Shown here piece after piece: positions 18,719-30,409 of a DNA stretch of 64,000 bases (position 1 is its first letter; the number at the start of each line of letters is the position of its first letter). The position numbers and the translations under genes are program-made. Below the pieces are notes generated by a model, which was not told the DNA's origin, did not search any database, and was given only the letters and a program-made list of their open reading frames with translations. The DNA is from Dehalococcoidia bacterium (GTDB taxonomy: Bacteria > Chloroflexota > Dehalococcoidia > Plut-88900). The DNA lies in assembly GCA_965197675.1 (NCBI GenBank), contig OZ240221.1:2457637-2521636 (forward strand). Direction: 5' to 3'.

Positions 18719-19522
18719 TCAGCGGCCCTTGAACTCCGGCTTTCGCTTCTCTGCGAAGGCTCGCGGCCCCTCGATAGCATCACTGCTCAATTCCAAGAGC
18801 TGGCTGTAAGCGGCTTCAAATCGTAGAGCGTGCTTGAGATAGAGGGTAGACCCCCTGTAAACCGATTCCTTTATCGCTCTCACCGCCAAAGGCCCATTTT
18901 CGCAGATCTTTTTAGCTATAGACTCCGCAGTGGCCATGAGATCATCAAAAGGCACTACCCTGTTTAGCAAACCTATACGATAGGCTTCCTGGGCATCTAT
19001 GCGATTCCCAGTCAACAGCATCTCCATGGCGATACATAGGGGCACGGCTCTGGGCAACCTGTCGACGCCACCACCCCCGGGTATGACGCCCCACCTAACT
19101 TCCTGTAAACCGAACTGCGCATAATCGACCGCGACGCGAATGTCGCATGAAAGGGCTATCTCCAGTCCACCAGCCACGCAAAACCCATTGATAGCTGCAA
19201 TAGCAGGCGTACCGGTCTCCAGGTCCCAAATATCAGGTGGAGGAGGCATACTCTCGACCGAAAACTCCCCACCACACCACCCCTCGAAACCCCTAACGCT
19301 AACGTCCTTCAGATCCTGTCCGGTGCAAAAGGCCTTTTCTCCACGGCCGGTGATGATAACCACCCAAACGTCTGGATCCTTGTCCAGAGCAGCCCAAGTC
19401 TCACCCAGATACCTCCAATGCTTGTTGGTGAGGGCATTGAGCACTTCGGGCCGATTGAGGGTTACATAGGCAATCCTGTCTTTTATGTCAACAACAATTT
19501 GAGAACTGATATCCGTGGTCAT
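18719..19522 (-). CDS. Enoyl-CoA hydratase/isomerase (crotonase) family protein, paralogue of the adjacent gene.
   Basis: ITGRGEKAFCTGQDLKD and AINGFCVAGGLEIAL motifs. Confidence 0.8.
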   Translation of the reverse strand: MTTDISSQIVVDIKDRIAYVTLNRPEVLNALTNKHWRYLGETWAALDKDPDVWVVIITGRGEKAFCTGQDLKDVSVRGFEGWCGGEFSVESMPPPPDIWDLETGTPAIAAINGFCVAGGLEIALSCDIRVAVDYAQFGLQEVRWGVIPGGGGVDRLPRAVPLCIAMEMLLTGNRIDAQEAYRIGLLNRVVPFDDLMATAESIAKKICENGPLAVRAIKESVYRGSTLYLKHALRFEAAYSQLLELSSDAIEGPRAFAEKRKPEFKGR

Positions 19523-19623
19523 CTCTCATATCCTTTCGAAGCGCATCATGGAAAACAAGAGGCCCACAGGGGTGCTAGTGTGTCGCGGGATGAGATTGTA
19601 TCACAGAAGCGTGGAGGTGAGAA

Positions 19624-20916
19624 TTAGGCCGTCTTCTTTTCGTTGACGCCTATTTTTATAGGCTGGCCGTCTGATGTTAGCAAGAGAGGGCTTCTCCTCT
19701 TCGCGATAACATCGGCGTCGATAATGCACTTGGCCACACTTTTCATAGAGGGCACATCGTACATGACTTCCAGGAGCGCCTCCTCCACGATGGCTCGAAG
19801 ACCCCTGGCGCCCGTCTTGTGCTTCATGCCCATGTTGGCAACTTCTTCCAGCGCATCCCCTTTGAACACCAGCTCCACATCATCCAACTCGAAGATTCTC
19901 TCATACTGCTTTACGATGGCGTTTTTCGGTTCGGTGAGAATGCGGACGAGGGCTTCCTGGTCTAACGAACCCACGCCAACAACCAACGGCAACCGTCCCA
20001 CAAACTCGGGGATGAGGCCGAAGTGAAGCAGGTCTTCTGGGATCACCTGACTCAACAGCTTCTCCGATTCGACAGGAACCCGCTTCACGCCGAGGTTAGC
20101 CGTAAAGCCCATGTTCTTGGCGTCCTTGTTGACCCGCTGCTCGATGATGTCCTCCAACCCCTCAAAGGCTCCACCACACAGGAACAGTATGTTCGAGGTG
20201 TTAACCTGAATATACTCTTGATGGGGATGCTTTCTACCCCCCTGGGGAGGCACGTTGGCCGTGCACCCTTCCACTACCTTGAGAAGAGCCTGCTGCACCC
20301 CTTCGCCTGATACGTCCCTGGTTATCGAGGGGTTGGGGTTCTTACGAGCTATCTTGTCAATCTCATCGATGTATATGATGCCCCTCTCGGCTCTCGGCAC
20401 GTCGTAGTCGGCGGTCTGAATCAACCTTAGCAGGATGTTCTCTACGTCCTCGCCTACATATCCGGCTTCGGTCAATGTAGTGGCGTCCGCTATAGCAAAA
20501 GGCACGTCAAGTATCTTGGCCAAGGTTTGAGCCAGTAGCGTCTTCCCACATCCCGTCGGACCCACTAAGAGGATGTTGGCCTTTTCCAACTCCACATCCT
20601 GGCCGCTACGGGCTGAGTTGTTTATCCTCTTGTAGTGATTGTAGACTGCGACACTCAGGACCTTCTTTGCTCTGTCCTGACCGATCACGTATTCACTCAG
20701 CCGTTCATACAGCTCTTTAGGGGTAGGTATCCTATCGATAAGCAGCGATTCATCATTGGAGGATTGCTCCTCTTCGATGAGTTGCTGACAAAGCTGAACG
20801 CACGCATCGCAGATGAACGTGCTTCCCTGGCCTGCAATTAGTCTGCTGACCTCGTCCTGGCCCTTAGAGCAAAAAGAGCAAGCATACAGGTCACGCGATT
20901 CTTTATCGTCGGGCAT
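19624..20916 (-). CDS. clpX: ATP-dependent Clp protease ATP-binding subunit ClpX.
   Basis: N-terminal C4 zinc finger (CSFCSK...CDAC). Walker A GPTGCGKT. ClpX signature regions. Confidence 0.9.
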   Translation of the reverse strand: MPDDKESRDLYACSFCSKGQDEVSRLIAGQGSTFICDACVQLCQQLIEEEQSSNDESLLIDRIPTPKELYERLSEYVIGQDRAKKVLSVAVYNHYKRINNSARSGQDVELEKANILLVGPTGCGKTLLAQTLAKILDVPFAIADATTLTEAGYVGEDVENILLRLIQTADYDVPRAERGIIYIDEIDKIARKNPNPSITRDVSGEGVQQALLKVVEGCTANVPPQGGRKHPHQEYIQVNTSNILFLCGGAFEGLEDIIEQRVNKDAKNMGFTANLGVKRVPVESEKLLSQVIPEDLLHFGLIPEFVGRLPLVVGVGSLDQEALVRILTEPKNAIVKQYERIFELDDVELVFKGDALEEVANMGMKHKTGARGLRAIVEEALLEVMYDVPSMKSVAKCIIDADVIAKRRSPLLLTSDGQPIKIGVNEKKTA

Positions 20917-20949
20917 CAGAAAGCCTCATCCATACATAGGTCGGTGCGA

Positions 20950-21567
20950 CTAAGCAGATTTACGGACCTCTTCCGCTTTTGCCTCGCCAAGAATCTCATC
21001 GACAAGACCGTACTGTTTGGCTTGCTCAGCGTTTAGATAGAAGTCTCTATCAGTGTCTCTGGCGACTTTTTCGTAGTCCTGACCCGTGTTTTCCGCCAGT
21101 ATCTGGCGAATCGTATCCTGCAAACGAAGTATCTCTTTGGCCGCTATCTCTATATCTGAGGCTTGACCCTGGGCTCCACCCATAGGCTGGTGCATGTGTA
21201 TGGTAGCGTTGGGCAGGGCAAATCTCTTTCCGCTATTGCCGCCACTCAATAGCACGGTGCCCATACTGGCCGTCATTCCAATGCAGATAGTGGAAACGTC
21301 GCACCGGGTCAATTTCATGGTGTCGTAGATGGCGAGACCTGCGCTGATGACTCCACCCGGGCAGTTGATGTACAGGCTGATCTCCTTATCAGGGTCTTCT
21401 CTATCGAGATACAGAAGCTGGGCCACTATAAGGTTGGCTATCTGATCATTGATGGGGGTTCCCAAGAACACAATGCGTTCCTTCAACAGAAGAGAGTAGA
21501 TATCGAAGGCCCTATCTCCTCTAGAACCGCTTTCGATAATCATGGGAATGATGTTACTTGGATTCAT
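20950..21567 (-). CDS. clpP: ATP-dependent Clp protease proteolytic subunit ClpP. The start is likely at internal Met MNPSNIIP; the ORF-track start at 21618 overlaps tig.
   Basis: GLAIYDTMK...GMTASMGT...MHQPMGG serine-protease signature. Confidence 0.9.
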   Translation of the reverse strand: MNPSNIIPMIIESGSRGDRAFDIYSLLLKERIVFLGTPINDQIANLIVAQLLYLDREDPDKEISLYINCPGGVISAGLAIYDTMKLTRCDVSTICIGMTASMGTVLLSGGNSGKRFALPNATIHMHQPMGGAQGQASDIEIAAKEILRLQDTIRQILAENTGQDYEKVARDTDRDFYLNAEQAKQYGLVDEILGEAKAEEVRKSA

Positions 21568-22909
21568 CTTCAATCTCACCTTTCTTATCTGAAACCGAGA
21601 TCGGCCCTGATGATACAACAGCAGAAGCAGTCTTTCCAGAAGCGATCTCTTTAAGTACGTTTAATGTCTTTCTCATTAATATGCTCTGCTTCACTGAAGA
21701 CTGTGCGTGTTCTGTCTGAAGCTGTCCTTTGACCTCCTCGGTTTGTCCACCGGAGGACTCTGCAATGGATTCGATCTCCTCGCCAACCTCTTTATTATCT
21801 ACGTTGATCCCCTCAGTTTCGGCCACCTTGTTCAGTAGGAGGGAGGCAATAACCCGTTTGTCGGCTGCATCCTTATAGTCTTCCCGAAGCTGCTCTGCGC
21901 TCTTATCAAGAGCCTTAAGATAATTATCGAACTTTATCCCCTGAGAAGCCAGTCCCCGTGCCTGGTCCATTATCATGTGGTCGATCTCTCGCTCTCTCAG
22001 AATGGGTGGGGCCTCGACCTTCGCCCCCTCCTTTAAGGCCTCGACTATCTTGTCTTCGTACTTCCCTCGTGCCTCCTCCTCGGCGTGGAGGTTCATGTCT
22101 GAGGCAATTTTCTCCCGCAGCATCTTCAGGTCATCGTACTCATCTCCGAGGCTTCGAGCGAAATCATCGTCGAGGAGAGCTGGGTTCTTCTCCCTGATTT
22201 CGTGAACGGTTACGCTGAACTGACTCTCTTTTCCCCCCACGTTCGCTGCTGGGTAGTCCTCTGGAATAGTCAGGGAGAACTGCTTGGTCTCCGACTTCTT
22301 CATCTCCTCCAGCTGTTCAGCGAACCCCGGCACCATATCGGTGGAGCCGGTTTGAGGGATGTAGGACGCTCCCTTTTCATTGATTATCGTCTTGGCCCCG
22401 ACTTTACCTTCCACGTCTATGGTCAGCAGATCGCCAAAAACGACAGGTCGATCCACGGGCTGCCACGGAGCCTGTCGGAAGCGAATGTCCTCCAGAGCGT
22501 TCTCTACTTGCTCTGGGGTTACCTCAACCTTTTCCTGCTCTAATCGGATGGACTTGTAATCTGCCAACTGGACCACTGGCTGGAGTGGAACGGTGGCTTT
22601 CAAGATTAGGGGACTTCGCTCAACAACCTCCACTTCTGGGTTGTCAATGGTGTCCAGTTTCTGCTCTTCTATTGCCTTCTTGACCACCTTTGGGGCGAGT
22701 TCGTCTAGAGCCTCATCCAGCATGGCATCCTTGCCCAGATAGCTCTGGAGTATGGCTCGCGGTGCCTTCCCCGGGCGGAACCCCGGAATCCTAACGCGCT
22801 GAACCAGCTTCTTATAAGTCTGGTTCAGGGAATCCTCCACGTCCGTCCCGTCCACTTCGATATTCAGCACTACTTGTCGATCGGCCAGGGTTTCAGTAGT
22901 TACCTTCAA
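21554..22909 (-). CDS. tig: Trigger factor.
   Basis: N-terminal ribosome-binding domain ([12 protein letters not shown]). Central PPIase. Conserved tig-clpP-clpX order. Confidence 0.85.
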   Translation of the reverse strand: MKVTTETLADRQVVLNIEVDGTDVEDSLNQTYKKLVQRVRIPGFRPGKAPRAILQSYLGKDAMLDEALDELAPKVVKKAIEEQKLDTIDNPEVEVVERSPLILKATVPLQPVVQLADYKSIRLEQEKVEVTPEQVENALEDIRFRQAPWQPVDRPVVFGDLLTIDVEGKVGAKTIINEKGASYIPQTGSTDMVPGFAEQLEEMKKSETKQFSLTIPEDYPAANVGGKESQFSVTVHEIREKNPALLDDDFARSLGDEYDDLKMLREKIASDMNLHAEEEARGKYEDKIVEALKEGAKVEAPPILREREIDHMIMDQARGLASQGIKFDNYLKALDKSAEQLREDYKDAADKRVIASLLLNKVAETEGINVDNKEVGEEIESIAESSGGQTEEVKGQLQTEHAQSSVKQSILMRKTLNVLKEIASGKTASAVVSSGPISVSDKKGEIEDESK

Positions 22910-22979
22910 GCTGTTACCTCGATTGTCATCCCATCGAATTATATCATAAGGACGCCGGTGTAGAATCGGCCAGTTGTCA

Positions 22980-24773
22980 CTACTCTATCAGCTTCAAATG
23001 CAGCTCTTTCAACTGCTCCTCGACAACAGGTGAAGGGGCGCCTGTCATTACGTCTAGGGCCGCCTGGTTTTTGGGGAAGGCGATGGTCTCTCTTATGCTA
23101 TCTTCGACAGCCAGAATTGCTACCAATCTATCTATGCCAGGGGCTATTCCCCCATGCGGCGGTGCTCCATATTCGAAGGCCTCCAGGAGATGCCCAAACC
23201 TGGACTCCACATCAGCTGAATCGTAACCCAGTAGATTGAACATCTTTTGTTGAAGCTCTCGATCATGAATCCTTATGCTCCCACTGGCCAGCTCCTGGCC
23301 ATTGCACACCAAATCGTAGCAGCGAGCTCGCACCTTGCCAGGATCAGAGGCCAGCAAGGCAACCTCCTCCTCTCTGGGAGAGGTGAATGGGTGGTGGGTG
23401 GGGTCCCACCTCTTCGTCTCTTCGTCCCACTCCACTAGCGGAAAGTCGACGACAAAGAGGAAAGCCAGATAGTCGGGGGCGGCAAGCCCCAATCGATCAC
23501 CCATCTCGTTACGAAGGGCTGCCAAGGCAGTGTTTACCGTTTTCTCAGGCCCTGCGCCGATCAAGATAAGGTCCCCCTTCTGCCCATCCATCCTGGATAT
23601 CAACGTGCTCAACTCACTAGCTGTCAAGTGCCGAGAGGCGACAGACCTGACGTTTTCCGGGGCGAAGACTTCGGAATCATCGCCTGCCGGAGCCTCCAGG
23701 GCCATGGTTAGTAAACCCGCAGCGCCACTGGATTTGGCGATATCTGTCAGGTCCTCCAGCTGTTTTCGAGTATACCCGGCACACCCTGGCGCTCTCAGCC
23801 CCTTGATCACACCTCCCACGTCCGCAGCCGAGCGAAAGACCTTGAACTCCGACTTGCCTACCACGTCGGTCAGGTTCACCAGTTCCAGCCCAAAGCGAAG
23901 GTCAGGCTTATCAGTCCCGTATTTCTCCATGACTTCAGAATACGAGAGACGAGGAAAGGGCTTTACGATGTTCTTTGAGGGCGTAACCGTTTCAACCAAG
24001 GTGGTGAACAACTCCTCGGTCAAGTCAAGGACATCATCCTCATCTACGAAGCTCATCTCCAGGTCCAGCTGGGTAAACTCAGGTTGCCTATCCGCTCGCT
24101 GATCTTCATCCCGGAAGCACTTGGCGATCTGGTAGTATCGCTCGAAGCCAGCCACCATCAGAAGCTGCTTAAGCTGCTGGGGAGACTGCGGAAGGGCATA
24201 GAAGCTTCCCGAATATAGACGACTGGGTACCAAATAGTCGCGAGCTCCCTCCGGAGTGCTCTTTATCAAAACTGGGGTCTCTATCTCCACAAACCCCTTC
24301 CCGTCCAGAAAGTCACGAATGTGTTTGACGACCCGGTGACGCAGGAAGATGTTCTCCTGCATTCGTTGCCGCCTCAGGTCCAGGTAGCGGTACTTAAGAC
24401 GTAGTGATTCCTCTACGTCCTGCTCCTCATTGATATAGAAAGGAGGGGTCTTGGAGGGGTTGAAGACCTGGGTCTCCAGGGCGATGACTTCTATATCGCC
24501 TGTGGGTAGCTGAGGGTTCTCTGTGCCTTTTGGGCGAGGGGCGACCTTCCCCCTTACCTGGACCACCCACTCGTTACGAAAGCTGGACGCGAGTCTATGA
24601 GCATCTGGCGATATCTCGGGATTGAAGACTACCTGGGCTAGGCCGGACCTGTCTCTCAGATCAATGAAGATTAAGCCGCCGTGATCCCGACGACGGTGTA
24701 CCCATCCCGCAAGAGTCACATCACGGTCTGCATCTTCTATCCGGAGGTCTGCGCAGCCGCGAGTCTTCAGCAA
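22980..24773 (-). CDS. aspS: Aspartyl-tRNA synthetase.
   Basis: OB anticodon-binding N-terminus. Class II motifs ([18 protein letters not shown]; [11 protein letters not shown]). Confidence 0.9.
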   Translation of the reverse strand: MLKTRGCADLRIEDADRDVTLAGWVHRRRDHGGLIFIDLRDRSGLAQVVFNPEISPDAHRLASSFRNEWVVQVRGKVAPRPKGTENPQLPTGDIEVIALETQVFNPSKTPPFYINEEQDVEESLRLKYRYLDLRRQRMQENIFLRHRVVKHIRDFLDGKGFVEIETPVLIKSTPEGARDYLVPSRLYSGSFYALPQSPQQLKQLLMVAGFERYYQIAKCFRDEDQRADRQPEFTQLDLEMSFVDEDDVLDLTEELFTTLVETVTPSKNIVKPFPRLSYSEVMEKYGTDKPDLRFGLELVNLTDVVGKSEFKVFRSAADVGGVIKGLRAPGCAGYTRKQLEDLTDIAKSSGAAGLLTMALEAPAGDDSEVFAPENVRSVASRHLTASELSTLISRMDGQKGDLILIGAGPEKTVNTALAALRNEMGDRLGLAAPDYLAFLFVVDFPLVEWDEETKRWDPTHHPFTSPREEEVALLASDPGKVRARCYDLVCNGQELASGSIRIHDRELQQKMFNLLGYDSADVESRFGHLLEAFEYGAPPHGGIAPGIDRLVAILAVEDSIRETIAFPKNQAALDVMTGAPSPVVEEQLKELHLKLIE

Positions 24774-24840
24774 ATCAGTCTATCCTCGTAGCTGATTATA
24801 GGGGATGGATATGGGGTTTTCAATCGGCCGAAGGCGCCTA

Positions 24841-25125
24841 GATTCCCCACCTCCAACCATTTCCCTCAGAGATAGGGTTGGAGTGAGGGTGAAGGCCTCC
24901 GTCCGTCCTTCTCGTGAAAACTGAACCCCATGTGAGGGGCGGGGGAGACATTCACCCTGTGCAACACCCGCCCCAGAAGCCCCCACATACAAAAACCTAT
25001 CGGAGTGGATGGGCCCAAGGCCTTTGCCTTTCTGAGACAGGCTCTCTGACCTTCTCCCGAGGGAAAAGGAGCCGGGGAATTTTGAAGGCGCGGCCGACCA
25101 GGCACAGTGGTCGTATCAATACGGA
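24841..25125. repeat. Intergenic dispersed-repeat cluster (family B core CCCAAGGCCTTTGCCTTTCTGAGACAGGCTC at 25014..25044, plus GGGAAAAGGAGCC module).
   Basis: Family B copies at 26453..26483 and 47251..47281. The CCCCACCTCCAAC module is shared with 47083..47100. Confidence 0.5.
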
Positions 25126-26151
25126 TTAGATGTAGCCTTCCAGCTTCTCTTTGACTGTGGAGTCTCGCAGGCGCTGTAGGGCGCCGTTTTGTATCTGGCG
25201 CACCCTCTCACGGGTGATGCCCAGCATACTGCCCACCTCTTTGAGAGTATACTCTCGGCCATCTCTGAGACCAAACCGAAGCTCGACCACCTCCCGCTCC
25301 CTTGAAGTTAGGGTGTCTAAGACAGACTCCAAGTGGGCCTTAAGCATCTGATGGAATGCTTCATCGCTGGGAGATGAACCCTTTGTATCCTTTATGAACT
25401 CGCCTAGCAACACCCCGTCTTCTCCTCGAGGCTCGTCTAGAGATATGGCATGCTGCCAAGCTCTCATCACCTGCTCCACCTTGTCGGCACGTAGGCCGGT
25501 TACAGTAGAGACCTCTTGGGTCGTAGGCTCCCTGCCCAGCTCTTGCATCAGCGGTTGAGCAGCCTTTTCTACTCTGGTGGCATACTCGCCCAGATGGACA
25601 GGCAGCCTTATCAGGTGACCCTGATCTGTCAGAGCTCTCATGATAGCCTGGCGTATCCACCAGGTGGCGTATGTGCTGAACCTGAATCCCTTCGTATAGT
25701 CGTACTTTTCTACAGCCCGAATAAGGCCTATGTTACCCTCTTGAATCAGGTCAAGAAAAGCCAACCCATTGCCTTGATACTTCTTGGCTATACTTACAAC
25801 CAGCCTCAGGTTGGACTCAATCAAGCGTCGGCGCGCTTCGTCTCCCTTCTCTACAGCCTCTTCAAGGCGCTTCCGCTCCTCATCTGTATGCCCGTCTCGG
25901 GATAGGGTAAGCTGAGCCTTGCTCATCTCCTCCATAGCCTTGGCTATGTCCACCTCCTCCTCGGCGGAAAGAAGGTTTTTACCACCTATTTCCTGGAGGT
26001 AGTCTTTCACAGGTTCATCGGAGAAGGAGTCTGCATCAGACGCCTTGGGTCTACGCTGGATAGCTTTTTCGTCCATCGCTAAAGGATGGTATTCCCTTTG
26101 TAATTCTCTGTTCAGTAGTTTCACGTCGCTAACCATCACGAACTCCCTCAC
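25126..26151 (-). CDS. sigA: RNA polymerase sigma factor, sigma-70 family (primary-like RpoD/SigA).
   Basis: Region 2 [36 protein letters not shown]. Region 4 [20 protein letters not shown]. Confidence 0.85.
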   Translation of the reverse strand: MREFVMVSDVKLLNRELQREYHPLAMDEKAIQRRPKASDADSFSDEPVKDYLQEIGGKNLLSAEEEVDIAKAMEEMSKAQLTLSRDGHTDEERKRLEEAVEKGDEARRRLIESNLRLVVSIAKKYQGNGLAFLDLIQEGNIGLIRAVEKYDYTKGFRFSTYATWWIRQAIMRALTDQGHLIRLPVHLGEYATRVEKAAQPLMQELGREPTTQEVSTVTGLRADKVEQVMRAWQHAISLDEPRGEDGVLLGEFIKDTKGSSPSDEAFHQMLKAHLESVLDTLTSREREVVELRFGLRDGREYTLKEVGSMLGITRERVRQIQNGALQRLRDSTVKEKLEGYI

Positions 26152-26340
26152 CTAAACCCGTATCTCAATTGAGTGTGCATAGTATCATCATTTCGGTATT
26201 TTGTCAATAATTTATATAAAAATAGCTTAAATGCATTCACACCATTAGATGACCAATAGTCAACTAGGATTCAGGCAGGAGTGAAAGGTAGTTTAAGGGG
26301 TTTCTCGATGGCTGAACATCCATCGAAGGTCACGGGCTAT
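26152..26340 (-). promoter_or_regulatory. AT-rich putative promoter region upstream of sigA.
   Basis: Compositionally AT-rich leader (TTGTCAATAATTTATATAAAAATAGC) immediately 5' of sigA on the minus strand. No experimental support. Confidence 0.3.
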
Positions 26341-26355
26341 GAGTCTGTCTCATAA

Positions 26356-26483
26356 ATGCCACACAGAGGGAGTCCAGAGGGATGGATCCCTCTGGCAGGG
26401 GGTTGGGGGATGTGCCTCCAGATAGAAAACCCTATCAGGGCGGGTGGGTGGGACCAAGGCCTTTGCTTTCCTGAGACAGTCTC
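26356..26483. repeat. Dispersed repeat, family B copy.
   Basis: ACCAAGGCCTTTGCTTTCCTGAGACAGTCTC at 26453..26483 with related upstream G-rich module. Confidence 0.5.
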
Positions 26484-26636
26484 GTTATGCACCACCTACG
26501 AAAGGAGCTGCACCCTTTACCTCACTCTTAACCGTGTCCTAGTCCACGGCTCTCCTGTGAGAGCCGCGCCGGAGGTCGACTAGCCAGGGGAGCACACACC
26601 TGGCTAAGAGAACTCATAGTCTCGATGCTATAATGA

Positions 26637-27929
26637 TTGCCATTGTCTCCAGAAGAACCGAGAGTCCCCTTAGTGAACCTCGATCCCCTATCATCGAAAA
26701 GTCCCTTCCACATGTGGGAGCACCTCAACTCCTGGCAGAAGAACTTATTCACTGTCATAGTCATTCAGACTGTTGTAAACGCAGGTTGGAGCTTGATGCA
26801 TCCTCTCTATCCCTTGTTCATACAGCAGGACCTGGGCATTGACAATCCTGAGAAGGCAGCATTCTGGGCAGGTATTACTTCAGGGGTCCTGGCATCCTCG
26901 ATGACGGTCTTCGGACCCATTTGGGGCTATGTTGCCGATAGGTACGGGCGAAGGCTCATGGTGTTGAGAGCATACACAGGCGGCGTCATTGTTCTAACGC
27001 TGGCCGGCCTGGTCACAGACGTCCGACAGCTTATAGGCGTGCGCTTTCTCCACGGGGCCATATCTGGAAGTGTTAGCGCAACCATGGCCATGGCTGCTTC
27101 CTCAGTGCCACGAAGCCGAATACCCCTAGCCGTTGGTCTTCTGCAATTCTCCACCTTCTTCGGGGTAACTGTAGGGCCATTCGCTGGTGGATTATTCGCT
27201 GAGGCGGTCGGATTTCGGTCTACCTACTTCCTATCTGCTGGAATCGTCGGATTCTGTGCCATCCTGACTCTCCTATTTGTTCGAGAGTCTTTTCATCGCT
27301 CAGATGACACCCGAGGCGGGTTTATGTTCTTCAGCGAGATGCGGGAGATAGTCACTACGCGGGGAATCCTGCCGTCTTTAGCCGTCATAATCGTGGTGCA
27401 AGCCAGTCCCGTCATTCTACATCCAGTGGTTCCCGGCTTCATCCAGTCCATAACCAGCGGTGACAACGAGATAATAGGTACAGGTGTGGCTTTCGCCCTA
27501 CTGGGACTCTGCTCGGGAATAAGCGCTATGGCCATCGGCAAATACAACGATAGCCTGAATCTGAGGCTAGTGTTGATCCTATCCTGCTTTGGGGCTTCTA
27601 TGGCTTTTTTCCCATTGCACTTTGTTAATAATTACCAGATCTTTCTCCTACTTATCGGCTTGTTCGGCTTCTTCAGTGGCGGAATGCTGACGTCAATAAA
27701 CTCGTTGGTGGGAATACTGATCCCAAAGCAACACCTTGGAGCGGCCTTTGGAGTGGTGAACTCTGCCAACTCTATAGCCTGGGGAATAGGGCCGCTGTTG
27801 GGGGGTTCTCTGGCTTTCAGCATAGGCTTCCGTCAGGTGTTCTTCGCGTTGGCGGTCGTGTTGGCCTTAACAGGTGCGGTAGTGGCAGGAGTCTTCAAGG
27901 CTATCAAGCAACCTCCACACGAATACTAG
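26637..27929 (+). CDS. MFS-family transporter. True start may be at an internal Met near 26712.
   Basis: About 12 predicted TM helices. The GPIWGYVADRYGRR motif is typical of MFS loop 2-3. Confidence 0.7.
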   Translation: MPLSPEEPRVPLVNLDPLSSKSPFHMWEHLNSWQKNLFTVIVIQTVVNAGWSLMHPLYPLFIQQDLGIDNPEKAAFWAGITSGVLASSMTVFGPIWGYVADRYGRRLMVLRAYTGGVIVLTLAGLVTDVRQLIGVRFLHGAISGSVSATMAMAASSVPRSRIPLAVGLLQFSTFFGVTVGPFAGGLFAEAVGFRSTYFLSAGIVGFCAILTLLFVRESFHRSDDTRGGFMFFSEMREIVTTRGILPSLAVIIVVQASPVILHPVVPGFIQSITSGDNEIIGTGVAFALLGLCSGISAMAIGKYNDSLNLRLVLILSCFGASMAFFPLHFVNNYQIFLLLIGLFGFFSGGMLTSINSLVGILIPKQHLGAAFGVVNSANSIAWGIGPLLGGSLAFSIGFRQVFFALAVVLALTGAVVAGVFKAIKQPPHEY

Positions 27930-27970
27930 TAGAATGACGCTTCTGGATAACCTTCCACAGGGAGGGATGG

Positions 27971-29221
27971 CTAAGCCTTTCCCCTTTTCCGGGTGGAGAT
28001 GAGGGGCACCACCCTATCGAGGATATGGTGGGCTACATCCGATTTCAGAAGCAAGGGAAGCTCTTCCATCTTGCTTCCGTTGTCTAGTATCACCACTTTA
28101 TTGGTATCAGTGCCAAAGCCAGTATCGTCGGCGGAGATATCGTTGGCTACAATCAAGTCCAACCTCTTTTCCCCCAGCTTCTGGCGAGCATTGGCCAATA
28201 GATCCTCACTCTCCGCTGCAAACCCCACCTTGACCAAATTCATGTTCTTCAACTCGTCGAGAATATCAGTCGTGGCTTCCAGGTCAACGCTCAGAGGATC
28301 TGCTCTCTTCTTGATCTTGGTAATCGACGGAGAGGTCGGTCTGTAGTCGGCCACTGCCGCCGCCATGATTAGAGCGTCGGCCGAGTCTGTCGCTTTCACA
28401 ACCGCATCTCTCATCTCCTCTGCCGACTTGACGTTAACTACATCAACCCCGTACGGAGTACGTATAGTGGCGGCAGCCGAGATGAGAGTCGTGTGAGCAC
28501 CTCTGTCTCGAGCCGCCTCAGCGATGGCATATCCCATCTTTCCCGAGGATCGGTTACTAACGTATCTAACCAGATCTATGTCTTCCTGCGTACCACCGGC
28601 CGTGACCAAAACAGCAGACGAAGCCATATCTCCGTCTCTTCCCAAGACCTGTTTAACGGCACCGATGACGTCTTCTAGATCGGCAAATCGCCCCATGCCC
28701 ATCAGCCCAGAGGCCAGGCGGCCCTCAACTGGCCCCACCAGCGCGTACCCTCTGGACTTGAGTTTGGCCACGTTTTCCTGGGTGGCGGGATTGTCGTACA
28801 TGTAGCCGTCCATCGAGGGGGCCAGGACGACGGGAGAGCGGGATGCCAGAACTGTGGAGGTGAGTAGGTCATCGGCCATACCCGTAGCCATCTTCGATAT
28901 TACGTTGGCAGTAGCCGGGGCTATGACTAGGACCTCTGCCTCCTCAGCCAACACAATGTGCTCCAGGCTATGTTCCGATTGAGAATCGAACAGGTCGGTG
29001 AAAACCGGGCGATGAGTCAAACTTCGAAATGTCAATGGAGAAACAAACTCCAGGGCATTCCTCGTCATCACTACATCTACCAGTGCCCCTGACTGAGTTA
29101 GCTTACTGGCCAGGTCGGCGGCCTTATATGCGGCGATGCTCCCAGTAACCCCTAAGAGTACCCGTTTGTCTAGGAGGACTCCTCTTTGCCCGCTAATGTG
29201 GTTTGTCGTAGATTGTCTCAC
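27971..29221 (-). CDS. coaBC: Bifunctional phosphopantothenoylcysteine decarboxylase/phosphopantothenate-cysteine ligase.
   Basis: N-terminal flavoprotein domain (LLGVTGSIAAYKA). C-terminal CoaB domain. About 416 aa. Confidence 0.9.
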   Translation of the reverse strand: MRQSTTNHISGQRGVLLDKRVLLGVTGSIAAYKAADLASKLTQSGALVDVVMTRNALEFVSPLTFRSLTHRPVFTDLFDSQSEHSLEHIVLAEEAEVLVIAPATANVISKMATGMADDLLTSTVLASRSPVVLAPSMDGYMYDNPATQENVAKLKSRGYALVGPVEGRLASGLMGMGRFADLEDVIGAVKQVLGRDGDMASSAVLVTAGGTQEDIDLVRYVSNRSSGKMGYAIAEAARDRGAHTTLISAAATIRTPYGVDVVNVKSAEEMRDAVVKATDSADALIMAAAVADYRPTSPSITKIKKRADPLSVDLEATTDILDELKNMNLVKVGFAAESEDLLANARQKLGEKRLDLIVANDISADDTGFGTDTNKVVILDNGSKMEELPLLLKSDVAHHILDRVVPLISTRKRGKA

Positions 29222-29985
29222 GATCTGTTCATCTCGTGTATGAGCCTGAGGCCTTCCAGAGTCAGGTCCGGGTCGATCTTCTGTATAACTGACGTCTGAT
29301 CGGCCATAAGGCCCGCCAGTCCCCCAGTTGCCACCACTTTCGCCTCATTTCCTAGCTCTTTCTGAAAACGGTACACCAGGCTCTCTATCAGCCCCACGTA
29401 TCCGAAAATGAGACCTGACTGCATGCTGGCCACCGTGTTCTTACCTATGGCCCTGGAAGGAGGAACAAGCTCGATTCTAGGGAGCTTGGACGCCCGTTCA
29501 AAAAGGGCCTCCACGGCCACGTTAACCCCTGGTGCAATGGCCCCTCCCAAGTATACGCCTTCTTCAGATATAGCATCGAAGACCGTGGCCGTACCGAAGT
29601 CCACCACTATAACCGGCCCGCCATATTTGTGAAAAGCTGCAACTGCATCGGCTACCCTATCGGCTCCCACGTCCTTGGGATTGTCATACTCGATGCGAAT
29701 TCCCGTCTTGATACCGGCTCCCACAACCAGGGGCGCGTGGCCTAGGCACTGCCGTACGAACTCCTGAAAGATTGCCGTCAATGGTGGAACTACGCTGCAT
29801 ATTATCGATTCATTGATGCACGATCGCTGAAGATCGTCATTTTGGAGCATGCCGTTCAGTAGCACGGCGTACTCATCAACCTGTTTATGCACGTCGGTGG
29901 AGATGCGCCATCGGGCCTTAAGCTCTTCGTCCTCAAATATGCCTAAGGTGATATTGGTATTCCCTATGTCTACTACAAGCAGCAT
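29218..29985 (-). CDS. coaX: Type III pantothenate kinase.
   Basis: MLLVVDIGNTNITLG N-terminus. ASKHA fold. Overlaps coaBC by 4 bp. Confidence 0.9.
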   Translation of the reverse strand: MLLVVDIGNTNITLGIFEDEELKARWRISTDVHKQVDEYAVLLNGMLQNDDLQRSCINESIICSVVPPLTAIFQEFVRQCLGHAPLVVGAGIKTGIRIEYDNPKDVGADRVADAVAAFHKYGGPVIVVDFGTATVFDAISEEGVYLGGAIAPGVNVAVEALFERASKLPRIELVPPSRAIGKNTVASMQSGLIFGYVGLIESLVYRFQKELGNEAKVVATGGLAGLMADQTSVIQKIDPDLTLEGLRLIHEMNRS

Positions 29986-30059
29986 ATGCCTGAACGGTCA
30001 AATTATATCTTGCGAGTGATTCTGAGAGCAAACAATTGTACTTATCAAAATTAGCTGGC

Positions 30060-30300
30060 TCCTTTCCTCCCGGGGGAAAGTTACACCCTGCCCCCTACTC
30101 GATACGGAGATGAGCAGGGCCGGCTGGGGTATCAGCCCCGCTCATGTGGTTCCCTTCGGCAAACTCAGGATAAACTCTTGGCTCACCATGAGCGAGAGCT
30201 GAGGCGTCTCCGCTCACCCTGAGCTTGTCGAAGGAAATGAGCGGGGACTCCCACTCGGTTCCATCCACCCCCCTCTCCCGTCATTCCCGCCTCCGAGCGG
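30060..30300. repeat. Composite dispersed repeat: inverted-orientation copy of the family C/D modules plus a hairpin family A variant.
   Basis: 30164..30234 is the reverse complement of the 8230..8283 and 47129..47188 element. 30270..30296 is GTCATTCCCGCCTCCGAGCGGGAATCC. Confidence 0.55.
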
Positions 30301-30409
30301 GAATCCATCCCCCACTCCTAGCCTATTGTGCTATTTGACCATATACGAAATAAGAACGTACGTGCGATAATACAAATACACATCTCACTTAGAAGGAGGT
30401 ATCACCCCT

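Noticed and set aside
24780-25125. CRISPR array suspected because of recurring short repeats in intergenic DNA
   Set aside because: Repeats are not regularly spaced, are not uniform in length, occur in both orientations and are scattered over many loci. No cas genes are present. They are dispersed REP/MITE-like repeats.
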